Origin: Actinomycetes bacterium
Lineage (GTDB): Bacteria; Actinomycetota; Thermoleophilia; RBG-16-64-13
Assembly (NCBI GenBank): GCA_024637035.1
Contig: JAGXFW010000026.1
Span: forward strand, 181,600 to 245,599
Direction of reading: 5' to 3'
DNA: 64,000 bases
Both the position numbers and the translations under genes were made by a program. Positions 1 to 10,370 of this stretch are shown here, piece after piece. Positions within the stretch are counted from its first letter, which is position 1. Each line of letters begins with the position of its first letter. The notes beneath the pieces are model-generated. The model saw only the letters and a program-made list of their open reading frames with translations, had not been told where the DNA came from and ran no database searches.

Positions 1-11
1 GAGGAGGACCT

Positions 12-524
12 GTGCCACGCCGGGTGTTGGTTCTGAACGCCACGTACGAGCCGATCAATATCTGTTCGAGCAAGCGCGCCATCGTGCTGCTTCTGAAGAA
101 CCGCGCCGAGATCCTCGTAGCAGGGCTGGGGGAGATCAAGGCGGAGAGCCTCTCGATACCCCGACCGCTGGTGATCAAGCTGGTGGCCTACGTGATGGTC
201 CCGCGCGGGGAGAGGCGCCGGCTGTCGCGCCGGGTGGTCTTGGCCCGCGACGGGCATCGTTGCCAGTACTGCGGCAGCACGCGTCACCTCACCTTGGATC
301 ACGTGATCCCGAGAAGCCGAGGCGGTGGCACCTCGTGGGAGAACGTAGTGACCTCGTGTTTCCCCTGCAACACACGTAAGGGAGCCCACCTGCCCGCGGA
401 GATAGGCATGGTGCCGCGCGCACGTCCCCGGACCCCCAGCCTCGCAGAGTTCCTCGTCACCTCGCCCACCGAGATCCCGGACGGCTGGCGGCCCTATTTG
501 GAACCGATAGCCGCCACTCTCTGA
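12..524 (+). CDS. HNH endonuclease (McrA-like HNH nuclease family)
   Basis: Motif RCQYCGS...LTLDHVIPRSRGG...WENVVTSCFPCNTRKG matches the HNH C-x2-C...DH...N...C-x2-C signature; 170 aa; complete ORF. Confidence 0.75.
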   Translation: MPRRVLVLNATYEPINICSSKRAIVLLLKNRAEILVAGLGEIKAESLSIPRPLVIKLVAYVMVPRGERRRLSRRVVLARDGHRCQYCGSTRHLTLDHVIPRSRGGGTSWENVVTSCFPCNTRKGAHLPAEIGMVPRARPRTPSLAEFLVTSPTEIPDGWRPYLEPIAATL

Positions 525-613
525 CGAGGCTCCGGGGGGGTCTCGAGAGCACCCCTGCTCAAGCTGCGGTCCTCGGATTCCGATACTGAGTCGACCGGTA
601 GTATTAAACAGAC

Positions 614-1021
614 ATGGGAGCGGGAGACGTGGACTCAGGGGAACGGCTCGTCCTCATCGTCGATGACGAGCCCGACATTCGGACCTTCCTGCAGGACATG
701 CTTGAGATCAAAGGGTTCCGGTGCGAAACGGCCGACAGCGGCACAGCCGCGCTGGCGAAGCTGGCCTCACTCGATCCAGACCTCGTGCTGCTCGACATCA
801 TGATGCCGGGCATGAGCGGGATCGAGGCGCTTCGGCACATACGGGAGCGCAGCGGCATCAGCCCGGCCATCGTGATGATCTCGTGCCTCACGCACCCCAA
901 CACGACATTGCGAGCGTTGGATGAAGGAGCTGATCATTTCGTCGTGAAACCGTTCCGCGTGAACGAGTTGCTCGAGACCATCGAGATGGTCATGGCCCGC
1001 CGCGACGCCGAAGCCGTGTAG
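614..1021 (+). CDS. Single-domain response regulator receiver (CheY-like)
   Basis: LVLIVDDEPDIRTFL...DLVLLDIMMPGMSGIE...VMIS...GADHFVVKPF: phospho-acceptor Asp and conserved receiver Lys pattern; no output domain. Confidence 0.8.
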   Translation: MGAGDVDSGERLVLIVDDEPDIRTFLQDMLEIKGFRCETADSGTAALAKLASLDPDLVLLDIMMPGMSGIEALRHIRERSGISPAIVMISCLTHPNTTLRALDEGADHFVVKPFRVNELLETIEMVMARRDAEAV

Positions 1022-1065
1022 CGACAACAGCCTCTCGAGCATCGAGGCAGCGGTCACGACCATGC

Positions 1066-2046
1066 TCACACCGTCGTGAAACTGCCCATCTGCAGGTACT
1101 TCTGGCGTCGCTCGGCCACCCGCTGCAGGGGGTGGATGCTCTGAAGCTCACGCAGCGCCGCCTCGATCTGTCGGGCGACCACCTTGGCCGTGGCCCGGTG
1201 GCTCTTGTGAGCGCCCTTCCGTGGTTCGGGGATCACTGAGTCGACTATGCCAAGGCGAATCAGGTCGATGGCCGTGAGACAGAGGGCGTCCGCCGCCTGC
1301 GAGGCCTCGGCTGAATCCCTCCACAAGATCGCTGCGCAGCCTTCGGGAGTGATCACCGAGTAGATAGCGTTCTCCAGCATGAACACCCGATCGCACAGAG
1401 CGAGGGCGAGTGCGCCTCCCGAGCCACCCTCCCCGATCACCACGGCGATCGTCGGCACGGTGAGTTCAGCGAACACACGCAGGGACGTGGCGATCGCCCC
1501 CGCCTGACCCCCTTCCTCGGCGTCGACACCCGGGAACGCGCCCGGAGTATCGACGAGGGTGACCACCGGCATGCTGAACCTCTCGGCCAATCTGGCCAAC
1601 CGTTGGACCTTGCGATAGCCCTCGGGACGAGGCATGCCGAAGTTCCGCTGCTGGCGCTCGCGCAGGTCGTGGCCCTTCTGATGCCCGATAACCATGACCG
1701 TGCCGCCGTCCATCGTGGCCATGCCGCCAACGATGGCCGGGTCGTCGCCCCGGAGCCGATCTCCATGCAGTTCGAGAAAATCGGGGAACGTGTGCTTGAT
1801 GTAGTCGAGAGCCTGCGGTCTGTCCTTGTGCCGAGCGAGTTGTACGGTCTTCCACGCGGCGTCGGAGGGTTCACGCTCTCGGAGAGCCTCAAGGCTCTCT
1901 TGGATCTTCCGTATCTCTTCCTCGTAGCCGACGCCAGGGAACGAGGGCAAACTTCTTAACTCGTGCAAACGCTTGAGTAAGCGGGTTGCCTCCCCGTGGT
2001 ACGACTTCCTGATCCTGTCGAGCGGGTTCAACACTACAGCGAACAC
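1066..2046 (-). CDS. accA: Acetyl-CoA carboxylase carboxyltransferase subunit alpha
   Basis: ARHKDRPQALDYIKHTF...GGMATMDGG...VITPEGCAAILWRD are typical AccA motifs. The ORF-track start overlaps accD by 158 nt, so the true start is probably an internal GTG/TTG. Confidence 0.85.
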   Translation of the reverse strand: MFAVVLNPLDRIRKSYHGEATRLLKRLHELRSLPSFPGVGYEEEIRKIQESLEALREREPSDAAWKTVQLARHKDRPQALDYIKHTFPDFLELHGDRLRGDDPAIVGGMATMDGGTVMVIGHQKGHDLRERQQRNFGMPRPEGYRKVQRLARLAERFSMPVVTLVDTPGAFPGVDAEEGGQAGAIATSLRVFAELTVPTIAVVIGEGGSGGALALALCDRVFMLENAIYSVITPEGCAAILWRDSAEASQAADALCLTAIDLIRLGIVDSVIPEPRKGAHKSHRATAKVVARQIEAALRELQSIHPLQRVAERRQKYLQMGSFTTV

Positions 2047-2887
2047 CTCCTTCCAGCAAAGATAGGACCCGGTCCAGCCGCTCCTTCAGGTCGCGGCGAT
2101 GGATCACGAGGTCGAGTTGTCCGTTGGCGAAATTGGCCTCCGACCGACCGAAGCCCTCCGGCAACTTCTCCCGGGTGGTCTGCTCGATCACCCGAGGTCC
2201 GGCGAAACAGAGAAGGGCCCCGGGTTCGGCCACGACCACGTCGGCAAGAGTAGCGAAACTCGCCAGCACGCCACCGGTGGTCGGGTGGGTGAGCACGGAT
2301 ACGAAGGGCATCCTGACTGCGGTGAGCGAGTCGAGGGCAACGACCGTCTTGGCCATCTGCATCAGAGAGAGGATACCCTCCTGCATGCGCGCACCGCCCG
2401 ACGAGACCACGACGACCAACGGCACGGACGCACCTGCCGCGGCCGCGACCAGACGGACGAAGCGCTCACCCACGACCGAACCCATGGAGCCGCCTAGGAA
2501 ACGGAAGTCCATCACCCCCAAGGCCACCGGTCGCCCCGATATGCGGCAGAGACCACCGAGGAAAGCCTCGGACATCCCCGTCTCAGACTGCGCTTCCGCC
2601 AGGCGTTCCACGTACGAGCGGGTGTCGAAGAACTCCAGGGGGTCGGCGGGCCGAAGCTGATCGCCGATCGACTCCCATGACCCCTCATCCACGAGCTGAG
2701 CGACTCGCTCCGGGCCCGTCACGGGGTGATGATGGTCGCAGTGCGGGCACACGTGCAGGGCCGCCACCAGGGTGGCGCGGGGGAGGTCCTTGCCGCAGGC
2801 TTTGCACACTTCGCCGGAGGCGGGGGCCGAAGGCGGCGCCTCGCTCGGCTCCTTCGGAGTTATGTGGACTGTGACGTATTTCGTCAA
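1889..2887 (-). CDS. accD: Acetyl-CoA carboxylase carboxyltransferase subunit beta
   Basis: N-terminal Zn ribbon CKACGK...CPHCDHHH followed by the carboxyltransferase fold (GGSMGSVVGE...GGARMQEG). Confidence 0.85.
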   Translation of the reverse strand: MTKYVTVHITPKEPSEAPPSAPASGEVCKACGKDLPRATLVAALHVCPHCDHHHPVTGPERVAQLVDEGSWESIGDQLRPADPLEFFDTRSYVERLAEAQSETGMSEAFLGGLCRISGRPVALGVMDFRFLGGSMGSVVGERFVRLVAAAAGASVPLVVVVSSGGARMQEGILSLMQMAKTVVALDSLTAVRMPFVSVLTHPTTGGVLASFATLADVVVAEPGALLCFAGPRVIEQTTREKLPEGFGRSEANFANGQLDLVIHRRDLKERLDRVLSLLEGGVRCSVEPARQDQEVVPRGGNPLTQAFARVKKFALVPWRRLRGRDTEDPREP

Positions 2888-2912
2888 ATCATGAAGGCGG
2901 AGTACAAGCCGC

Positions 2913-4184
2913 CTACTCCTGGTGACGGCCGAACAGCAGGGTCACGTTATGACCGCCGAACCCGAAGCTGTTCGACGCCACATAGTCGAGCGATGCCGGC
3001 CGGGCGACGTTGGGCACGTAGTCCAAGTCGCAGCGCGAATCCGGATCATCGAGGTTGATGGTGGGCGGCACCATGCCGTGCGTCATGGCCAGCACCGTGG
3101 CCACCGCCTCGAGGGCGCCGGCCGCACCAAGACAGTGCCCGATCATGCTCTTGGTGGAACTCACGAGCACCGAATCGGCAGCGGAGCCGAGGGCCGACCG
3201 GATCGCCCTCGTCTCCATGGCGTCACCGAGCGGCGTGGACGTGCCGTGTGCGTTGACGTAGCCGAGTTGCTCGGGCTGGATGCCGGCCATCGCGATGGCG
3301 CGCCGCATGGCCGTTGCCGAAGGCTCGCCGGTCTCGTCGGGTTCGGTGAGGTGGTACGCGTCACCGGTCATGCCGTAGCCGAGGAACTCCCCGTAGATGC
3401 GAGCTCCGCGGGAGATCGCGCTCTCGCGTTCCTCGAGCACGAGGATGGCCGAGCCTTCGCCCATGACGAATCCGTCGCGCCCCGAGTCGAAGGGTCGGCT
3501 CGCGCGCTCAGGCTCCTCGTTTCGTGTGGAGAGTGCCCGCATAGCGGCGAAGGATCCGATGCCGATGTGACCTATCGGAGCCTCGGCCCCTCCGGCGAAC
3601 ACGACCTCGACGTCGCCCCGCCGGATCATCTGGAATGCGTCGCCGAGGGCGTTGGCGCTGGCCGCACATGCCGTGCATGTGGCCGTGACCGGACCCTTGA
3701 GCCCCAGGGACATCGACACGTGGGCCGCCGCCATGTTCGGGATCATCATGGGGATGAAGAGCGGGCTGATGCGGTCGGGCCCACGCTCGTGCAACACCTT
3801 GGTCTGATCGTAGAAGGTGTCGAGCCCCCCGATGCCCGAGCCGACAGACACTCCCACCGAATACGGGTCTCCGTCCATCGGCAGGCCGGAGTCCTCGCGG
3901 GCCAGCTTGGCCGCCGCCACCGCGTACTGCGAGTAGCGGTCAAGGCGACGCGCTTCTCGCTTGTCCATGAAGCCGAGAACGTCGAACGACGGTATCTCCG
4001 CCGCGATCTTGACCGCGTAGTCGGTGGTGTCGAACCTGGTGATGGTTCGCACGCCCGACCTGCCTGCCACGAGGCCCGCGAAGAACTCCTCGTGACCGAG
4101 GCCGAGGGCCGAGACCACTCCCAGACCGGTTATGACCACCCGTCTCGCGGGTTGCATTCCTGCAGTCGCACTCATCGCATCCAC
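2913..4184 (-). CDS. fabF: 3-oxoacyl-ACP synthase II (KAS II)
   Basis: RVVITGLGVVSALG..., active-site region TACAASANA, and the C-terminal ...NSFGFGGHN motif. Confidence 0.9.
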   Translation of the reverse strand: MDAMSATAGMQPARRVVITGLGVVSALGLGHEEFFAGLVAGRSGVRTITRFDTTDYAVKIAAEIPSFDVLGFMDKREARRLDRYSQYAVAAAKLAREDSGLPMDGDPYSVGVSVGSGIGGLDTFYDQTKVLHERGPDRISPLFIPMMIPNMAAAHVSMSLGLKGPVTATCTACAASANALGDAFQMIRRGDVEVVFAGGAEAPIGHIGIGSFAAMRALSTRNEEPERASRPFDSGRDGFVMGEGSAILVLEERESAISRGARIYGEFLGYGMTGDAYHLTEPDETGEPSATAMRRAIAMAGIQPEQLGYVNAHGTSTPLGDAMETRAIRSALGSAADSVLVSSTKSMIGHCLGAAGALEAVATVLAMTHGMVPPTINLDDPDSRCDLDYVPNVARPASLDYVASNSFGFGGHNVTLLFGRHQE

Positions 4185-4196
4185 TCCCCGACTCGC

Positions 4197-4967
4197 CTAG
4201 ATCCCGAGGCCGCCGTCGACGGGCAGCACGATGCCCGTTATGAACTTCGCCGTGTCGCCGGCCAGGAAGGCGACGGCCTCGGCGACGTCACTCGGGTCGC
4301 CAAGCCGGTTCAGCGGCGTGCCGCCCGCGATCGTGTTCTTCACCTCATCGGGCAGGGCGGCCGTCATCTCCGTCTGGATGTAGCCCGGGGCCACCGCGTT
4401 CACTCGGATGTTCCGCGAGGCCAACTCGCGGGCGAGGGTCTTCGTCAGGCCGATGAGACCGGCCTTCGCCGCGGAGTAGTTGGCCTGGCCCGCGTTGCCG
4501 CGACGGCCGACCACGCTGGAAAGGTTGACGATGGAGCCCGAGCGCCGCTTCATCATGCCCCTGGCCACCGCCCGCGTCATCAGGAAGGCTCCCTTCAGGT
4601 TCACGTTCAGTACGAGGTCCCAATCGGCTTCCTCCATGCGGACGAAGAGGCCGTCCCTGGTGAGACCCGCGTTGTTCACGAGGATATCGATGGGGCCGAG
4701 CGCCGCCTCGGCAGTCTCGACGATGGACTTCACATCCGACTCGTTCGAGACGTCTCCTAGGACGACCACGCCACGGCGCCCCATCGCCTCGAGTTCGGCG
4801 ACCACCGCCTCGGCGGCCTCAGGCCGAGCCACGTCGTTCACGACGACGTCGGCGCCCAACGCTCCCAGCTTCAGCGCGATCTCACGACCGATGCCTCGTC
4901 CGGCGCCGGTCACCAACGCCACCTTGCCTTCGAGAGATCCCGTCGCTGCTCCCGCCAAGAGAACCAC
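4197..4967 (-). CDS. fabG: 3-oxoacyl-ACP reductase (SDR family)
   Basis: KVALVTGAGRGIGREIA Rossmann motif, NNAG, and YSAAKAG catalytic Tyr-x3-Lys; 12-nt gap to fabF. Confidence 0.9.
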   Translation of the reverse strand: MVLLAGAATGSLEGKVALVTGAGRGIGREIALKLGALGADVVVNDVARPEAAEAVVAELEAMGRRGVVVLGDVSNESDVKSIVETAEAALGPIDILVNNAGLTRDGLFVRMEEADWDLVLNVNLKGAFLMTRAVARGMMKRRSGSIVNLSSVVGRRGNAGQANYSAAKAGLIGLTKTLARELASRNIRVNAVAPGYIQTEMTAALPDEVKNTIAGGTPLNRLGDPSDVAEAVAFLAGDTAKFITGIVLPVDGGLGI

Positions 4968-4995
4968 CAGCCTTTCTCGCCTGGATCCCGCCCGT

Positions 4996-5940
4996 CTACC
5001 GGGCGAGACCCTTCTCGATCGCCGTATTCAGATCATTCGAGTCGCCCGTGCCCACCGTAGGGAGGTCACGTCGCACTCGCTTCACCAAACCGGCGAGGAC
5101 GTTCCCTGGGCCCACCTCGATACCGAGGTCGATATCCGTCAACGCGGCCTGCACCGATTGGGTGAAACGGACAGGGGACGTGAGCTGACGCACAAGGACA
5201 TCGCGCAGATCGTCGACGGAAGGATACCGTAGCTCCGTCGTCGAGAAGAACTTCCCCTGTGAGGCTGGGAGAAGTCGCACGTCCCCAAGGACCTGACCGA
5301 GTTCCTCAGCCGCGCCGGCCACGAGGGGGCTATGGAACGCCCCCGACACCTGCAGCGGCATCACCTTTCGAGCTCCCCGTTCCACCGCCAGCTTGGCGAG
5401 GCGCTCGACGCCGGCCGGGCTCCCCGATACGACTACCTGACCGGGGGAGTTGAAGTTCGCGGGCCAAACCTCCCCGGCCTCCTCGCACGCCCGCTCGACG
5501 ACCTCGTCGTCGAGTCCGAGAACCGCGGCCATCGTGCCGGCCGCCCGCTCCCCACAGGCCCACATCGCCTTTCCGCGGCGCTCGACCACTCGCAGAGCGT
5601 CGGCGAAGGGAAGATGTCCCACGGCCACGAGGGCGGAGTATTCGCCGAGCGAATGGCCCATCGCCACGTCGAACCGAACGCCGCGTTCCTCCAGAACCCG
5701 CCAGGTGGCGACGCTGCACGTGAAGATGGCGGGTTGAGCGCGATCGGTGCGGGTCAGTTCTTCGGACGGTCCGTCCGAACAGAGAGCGCGGAGATCCCAC
5801 CCCAGTGTGTCCTCGGCCTCCTGGAAGGTCTGCAGGGCGATCGGAAACGCCTCCCACGCGTGCCGGCCCATGCCGACCGCCTGGCTGCCTTGCCCGGGGA
5901 ACAGGAGTGCCGTGCCGCTCATGTCGCGCTCACGCCCCAC
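4996..5940 (-). CDS. fabD: Malonyl-CoA:ACP transacylase
   Basis: ALLFPGQGSQAVGMG...GHSLGEYSALV (active-site GHSLG). Confidence 0.9.
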   Translation of the reverse strand: MGRERDMSGTALLFPGQGSQAVGMGRHAWEAFPIALQTFQEAEDTLGWDLRALCSDGPSEELTRTDRAQPAIFTCSVATWRVLEERGVRFDVAMGHSLGEYSALVAVGHLPFADALRVVERRGKAMWACGERAAGTMAAVLGLDDEVVERACEEAGEVWPANFNSPGQVVVSGSPAGVERLAKLAVERGARKVMPLQVSGAFHSPLVAGAAEELGQVLGDVRLLPASQGKFFSTTELRYPSVDDLRDVLVRQLTSPVRFTQSVQAALTDIDLGIEVGPGNVLAGLVKRVRRDLPTVGTGDSNDLNTAIEKGLAR

Positions 5941-5946
5941 CCCCGG

Positions 5947-7002
5947 TCACGCCCTACCCCACTCCATCAAGCAGGCCCCCCAGGTGAGCCCCGCTCCGAA
6001 CCCCATCAGCAACACCAGATCGCCCGGTTGAAGACGCCCTTCCGCCTTGGCGTCGTGCAGGCAGAGGGGGATGGAGGCACACGAGGTGTTGCCGTAGCGC
6101 TGCAGGTTGGTGTACACGCGGTCATCGCCGATGCCGAGGCGTCGCGTGGCCGCCTCGATGATGCGCAGATTGGCCTGGTGCGGCACGAACAGCCGCACCT
6201 CGTCGATGCTCCGCCCACACTTCTCGAGCACGCGGCGGGCCGAGTCGACGACGACACGGGTGGCGAAACGGTACACCTGACTCCCGCTCATCTTGAGGTA
6301 GTGAGCGCGTGCGCGAAGCGTCTCCTCGCTCGCGGGCATCCGGGATCCTCCGGCGGGTAGGCTGAGCATGTTGGCGCCGACGCCGTCGTTGCCCAGGTCG
6401 AATCCCAAGATACGGCCGCCACCGTCAGCCGTCGATACGACGGCCGCACCCGCGCCGTCCCCGAACAGCACGGCCGTCGAGCGGTCTTCCCAGTCGAGGA
6501 TGCTCGAGATGACCTCGGCTCCCACCACGACGACATTCCGATGGATGCCCGAGGCGACCATGCCGGTGGCGAGGGCGAGGGCGTACACGAAGCCGGTGCA
6601 CCCCGCCGAGAGGTCGCACGCACCGGCGTTGACGGCCCCGATCTCATAGGCGACTCTCGAAGCGGTCGCAGGAAAGATCTGATCGGGAGAGATGCTCGCC
6701 GTTATCAACAGATCGACCGAGGAGGGAGCGAGAGAAGCCGCCTCCAGCGCGCGCCGGGCGGCCACGATGCCGAGGTCGGACGCGCATACCCCCGGGTCGG
6801 CTATGCGACGCGTGCGTATGCCCGTGCGCTGCCCGATCCACTCGTCGGAGGTGTCGAGCGACTTGGAAAGATCTTCGTTCGAGACCACCCTGGCCGGCAG
6901 TTCGATGCCCAACCCGATGATAGCGGCCGCTGTTCCCCCCGATGGATCCATCCGCTCGATCAGGACGCGTCGAAGAGGGCGAAGGTCAGAGTCGCGGCGC
7001 AC
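5947..7002 (-). CDS. fabH: 3-oxoacyl-ACP synthase III (KAS III)
   Basis: Active-site Cys in ...[18 protein letters not shown]..., plus HQANLRII and [10 protein letters not shown]; 351 aa. Confidence 0.9.
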   Translation of the reverse strand: MRRDSDLRPLRRVLIERMDPSGGTAAAIIGLGIELPARVVSNEDLSKSLDTSDEWIGQRTGIRTRRIADPGVCASDLGIVAARRALEAASLAPSSVDLLITASISPDQIFPATASRVAYEIGAVNAGACDLSAGCTGFVYALALATGMVASGIHRNVVVVGAEVISSILDWEDRSTAVLFGDGAGAAVVSTADGGGRILGFDLGNDGVGANMLSLPAGGSRMPASEETLRARAHYLKMSGSQVYRFATRVVVDSARRVLEKCGRSIDEVRLFVPHQANLRIIEAATRRLGIGDDRVYTNLQRYGNTSCASIPLCLHDAKAEGRLQPGDLVLLMGFGAGLTWGACLMEWGRA

Positions 7003-7391
7003 GCGAGTTCATCGCCCACGTATGCCCGGCCTTCGCCCTTGCCGAGGGGCGGCCTGGCGCGAGTCATCTGCACCTCGAGGCGCAAAGTGTCCCCCGGCTG
7101 CACCTGACGACGGAACCGGACCTTCTCTATGCCCGCGAACAGAGCCAGTTTGCCCTTGTTCTCGGGAAGCGACAGCGCGGCGACCGCACCGGCCTGAGCC
7201 AGCGCCTCCACCTGAAGTACTCCCGGGAACACCGGATATCCTGGAAAATGGCCCTTGAACACGTCCATGTCCGGCGAGATGTCCTTCTCGGCGATCACGC
7301 TCTCGCCAGGTACGAACTCCAGTACCCGGTCGAGGAGCAGGAACGGATCGCGATGTGGGATGATCGCCTCAATCTGTTCTCTATCGAGCAT
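6960..7391 (-). CDS. fabZ: 3-hydroxyacyl-ACP dehydratase
   Basis: [15 protein letters not shown]...[20 protein letters not shown] is the hot-dog dehydratase signature. Start moved to the internal MLDREQ (7391); the 202-aa ORF-track version is over-extended. Overlaps the fabH start. Confidence 0.8.
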   Translation of the reverse strand: MLDREQIEAIIPHRDPFLLLDRVLEFVPGESVIAEKDISPDMDVFKGHFPGYPVFPGVLQVEALAQAGAVAALSLPENKGKLALFAGIEKVRFRRQVQPGDTLRLEVQMTRARPPLGKGEGRAYVGDELACAATLTFALFDAS

Positions 7392-7552
7392 GCCTTCACC
7401 GACCCCAATCGATGTGGAGACTTGGAAGAACGACGGACCCAGCGGGAGACAGGATGCCCATGCCCCTGGGTGATGGATGGTAGTATTCTCCGGCAAACAG
7501 GGCTCCATTTCAAGGACAGCCCCTCCCACCACTTCCGAAAGAACAGCACGCC

Positions 7553-8194
7553 ATGAGGCACCAATCATACGTCGATGAGACCCTCCGCTCGTTCCTGGTG
7601 AAGCTGGGGGCTCGCTCGCCGGAGCCCGCCGGCGGTGCCGCTCTTGCGCTCGCGGGGGCGGCCGCAGCCGCCTTGATGTCGCTCACCTGTCACGCAGGCG
7701 CGAAGGGCGACAGCGACCAGGGCGCGGGTTCGCTGGCGACGTGCCAGTTGGATTCGGAGCGGCTCGGCCGCACGATCCAACAGCTCATCGACGAAGACGT
7801 GCGCGCCTATCGCTCGGTGACGCTCGCACTGCGGCGCCCGCAGGTGACCGCGGGGGAGAAGGCGGAACGCGCCCGACTCCTGGAGGCGGCTCTCAGGGAC
7901 GCGACCGAGGTGCCGCTCGCGGTGGCGGAGGCCGGTCTGGCGGTACTGTCGCTCGCCGTGAGCGTGCAAGACGACGTGCGCGGACCCGTACTCGGAGACC
8001 TGGCCGCCGCAGTGCACCTGGCTGAGGCGGCCGTCAAGGGGTCGCTGCGGAACGCCCACATCAACGCAGGGACGATGTCCGACCGCGACTATGCCGCCGA
8101 AGCAGAGGAACGCATCGCCCAGATGCGCAGCCGCCTCGACGAGGCCGCCGAGACGATCGCCGCGTCACTCGTCGCGAAGGGCGTCGCCGGCTAG
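7553..8194 (+). CDS. Cyclodeaminase/cyclohydrolase family protein (FtcD C-domain / methenyl-THF cyclohydrolase-like)
   Basis: [32 protein letters not shown] is characteristic of the formiminotransferase-cyclodeaminase C-terminal domain family; stop lies 4 nt before the next gene. Confidence 0.6.
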   Translation: MRHQSYVDETLRSFLVKLGARSPEPAGGAALALAGAAAAALMSLTCHAGAKGDSDQGAGSLATCQLDSERLGRTIQQLIDEDVRAYRSVTLALRRPQVTAGEKAERARLLEAALRDATEVPLAVAEAGLAVLSLAVSVQDDVRGPVLGDLAAAVHLAEAAVKGSLRNAHINAGTMSDRDYAAEAEERIAQMRSRLDEAAETIAASLVAKGVAG

Positions 8195-8197
8195 GCC

Positions 8198-10333
8198 TTG
8201 CGGCGGCTCGGGACCGTGCAACTACAACTCTCCCTCACACTCGCCGACGACCTCTACGACCTGCTGGTCATGAGCGGCGAGCCCGTGGACTTCATGCAGG
8301 CCGCCGGCCTGCTGCTCTCTCTCACCGAGGCACCGGAGCCCTTGTGCCGCCGGGTGATGGACACGCTCGTCACCGAAGACCGACGTTTTGCCTGGAGCAG
8401 CCCCAACACCATCGGCCTCTGCGACTGGCGCTTCACCGACCCCGACCTCGCCGAGGTTTCTTTCGTGGTCATCGATCTCGAGACCACCGGAACCAGGCCG
8501 GGAGCCAGCAAGATCACAGAGATCGGGGCGGTCCGGATCGAAGGGCTGGAGCAGGTAGCCACGTTCGAGACTCTGGTAAACCCTCAGCGGCCCATCCCCC
8601 AGGTGATCATCGAGCTCACCGGTATCACGCCGCAGATGCTCTTGGGCGCACCACGCATCGAGGAAGTGATGCCTCATCTGCTCGACTTCATCGACGGCGC
8701 GGTGGTCGTGGCACACAACTCGTCGTTCGACCTGGGATTCCTCAACTACGAGCTCGCCCGGCTCAGAGGCCGCCGTCTCGGCGACGGAGCCATCGATACG
8801 GTGCCCCTATCGCGATGCGCCGCTCCGGGCCTTCCCAACCACAAGCTGGGCACCGTGGCCGAGGCCCTGGGCTCGCCGGTGGCGGCCAACCACCGTGCAC
8901 TCGCGGACGCACTGGCAACAGCCCACGTGTTCCTCACCTGCGTGGGAAGACTCCAGGAGCGTGGCGTCACTCGCTTGGACGAACTGCGTACGCATATCGA
9001 CCCCGGTCACCGGCGCGACCGTCACAAACTCGCTCTCACTCGAGACATCCCCCGCGCACCGGGGGCATACCTGTTCCTCGACGAAGACGGCAACGTGCTG
9101 TACGTCGGCAAGGCCAACCAATTGCGCGATCGGGTGCGCAGCTACTTCCTCTCGAATGTCGACCATTCGCGAAAGGTGCGCCAAGCGGTGCGGCGGCTGC
9201 GGAAGGTGGAGTGGGAGACCACTGGATCGCCGCTCCGCGCCGTGGTGAGGGAACAGGAGCTGATCCTGACCCATCGACCGACGTGCAACGTCTTCGGGCG
9301 GCGGCCCGAGAACTACTGCTACGTGAAGCTCGGGGGACGCGGGAGCGGCCTCCGACTCTACTCCAGCGATCGACCGGGGAACCCGGCGAAGACGCGGGCG
9401 CGAAAGAACCACAAGGCGAGCGCGCCCACCCGGCCCGCCGGCCAGGTGATCGGCCCCTTCAGGGGACGGTCGCGAGTGACGGCAGCGCTGGAGCTCCTCC
9501 ACCGCACCTTCCCGGTTCGCCAGTGCAGGGGCACCTCTCAGAACGGACCATGCATCTTCGGTCAGACCGAGCGTTGCCTAGCGCCTTGCTCTGAGGACGG
9601 ACTGACGCTGCCGGTTCACGATCAGCTCGCCGCAGACCTGCTCGACTGGCTCGGGGGTGGAGCCGCGCCCGCGCTCGGCGACCCGCTGGAGCGGGCGCGC
9701 CGGCACATGGAACGCCTCGCCGCGCAGCGGCGGTACGAGGAGGCGCAGGAGGTGCGCGACGCGCTCGACGGCCTGATCACCCTGCGCGGGTCGTACGCCG
9801 CGCTGCGCGAGGCGCACAAGATGCGTGTGGCCGTGCTCTGGCTCGACGGGGACGCGGGCGAGGGCCCCCGACTTCATGTGGACCTCGTGTGGCACGGACT
9901 GCCTGACTCCTCCGCGACCGTGAGCGGTTCGACCGCCGCGGTCGAGATCGGCCGCATGGTGCGGTCGCTCCCCACCGACACCACCGACCGCGACGAAAGC
10001 GACGGGGGTTCCGGTCGGGACAGCGGCGGTTTGGATCACGTCGCGGTTCCGCAGGATCGGCTCGACCTGCTGCTGGCGGTGCGGCGCTGGGTGATCGATG
10101 CGCCGACCTCTTCGTTGGTGTGGTACCCCGGAGACTCCGCTCCGGCCCCCCAGGGGGCGCCGGAGCAAGGCGCGCCCGAGTGCCACGGTCTCGACCTCCG
10201 CGACGAGACCGCGCGCCGAGAAGCCTGGCGTCAAGAGATACTGACGGCGAGCCTCACGCTGTTGCGGGAGCGACCCGTGATGCAGGAGCGCCCCTTGCCT
10301 GATACGACCAAGGGACGCTCCCCGGTATCGTGA
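8198..10333 (+). CDS. DEDD 3'-5' exonuclease (DnaQ-like) fused to a GIY-YIG UvrC/Cho-like nuclease domain
   Basis: VVIDLETTGTRPGASKITEIGAV...VAHNSSFDLGFL (exonuclease motifs Exo I/II) followed by APGAYLFLDEDGNVLYVGKANQLRDRVRSYF (GIY-YIG). Architecture resembles the mycobacterial Rv2191-type protein; the start may be a few codons downstream. Confidence 0.8.
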   Translation: MRRLGTVQLQLSLTLADDLYDLLVMSGEPVDFMQAAGLLLSLTEAPEPLCRRVMDTLVTEDRRFAWSSPNTIGLCDWRFTDPDLAEVSFVVIDLETTGTRPGASKITEIGAVRIEGLEQVATFETLVNPQRPIPQVIIELTGITPQMLLGAPRIEEVMPHLLDFIDGAVVVAHNSSFDLGFLNYELARLRGRRLGDGAIDTVPLSRCAAPGLPNHKLGTVAEALGSPVAANHRALADALATAHVFLTCVGRLQERGVTRLDELRTHIDPGHRRDRHKLALTRDIPRAPGAYLFLDEDGNVLYVGKANQLRDRVRSYFLSNVDHSRKVRQAVRRLRKVEWETTGSPLRAVVREQELILTHRPTCNVFGRRPENYCYVKLGGRGSGLRLYSSDRPGNPAKTRARKNHKASAPTRPAGQVIGPFRGRSRVTAALELLHRTFPVRQCRGTSQNGPCIFGQTERCLAPCSEDGLTLPVHDQLAADLLDWLGGGAAPALGDPLERARRHMERLAAQRRYEEAQEVRDALDGLITLRGSYAALREAHKMRVAVLWLDGDAGEGPRLHVDLVWHGLPDSSATVSGSTAAVEIGRMVRSLPTDTTDRDESDGGSGRDSGGLDHVAVPQDRLDLLLAVRRWVIDAPTSSLVWYPGDSAPAPQGAPEQGAPECHGLDLRDETARREAWRQEILTASLTLLRERPVMQERPLPDTTKGRSPVS

Positions 10334-10370
10334 GCTCGACGGGTCGTCGACGACCCACCGCGCTGATGCT

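Noticed and set aside
2922-4760. 612-aa plus-strand ORF
   Set aside because: Antisense to fabF/fabG. Arg/His/Gly-rich composition typical of spurious antisense ORFs in high-GC DNA; the minus-strand genes have clear family motifs.
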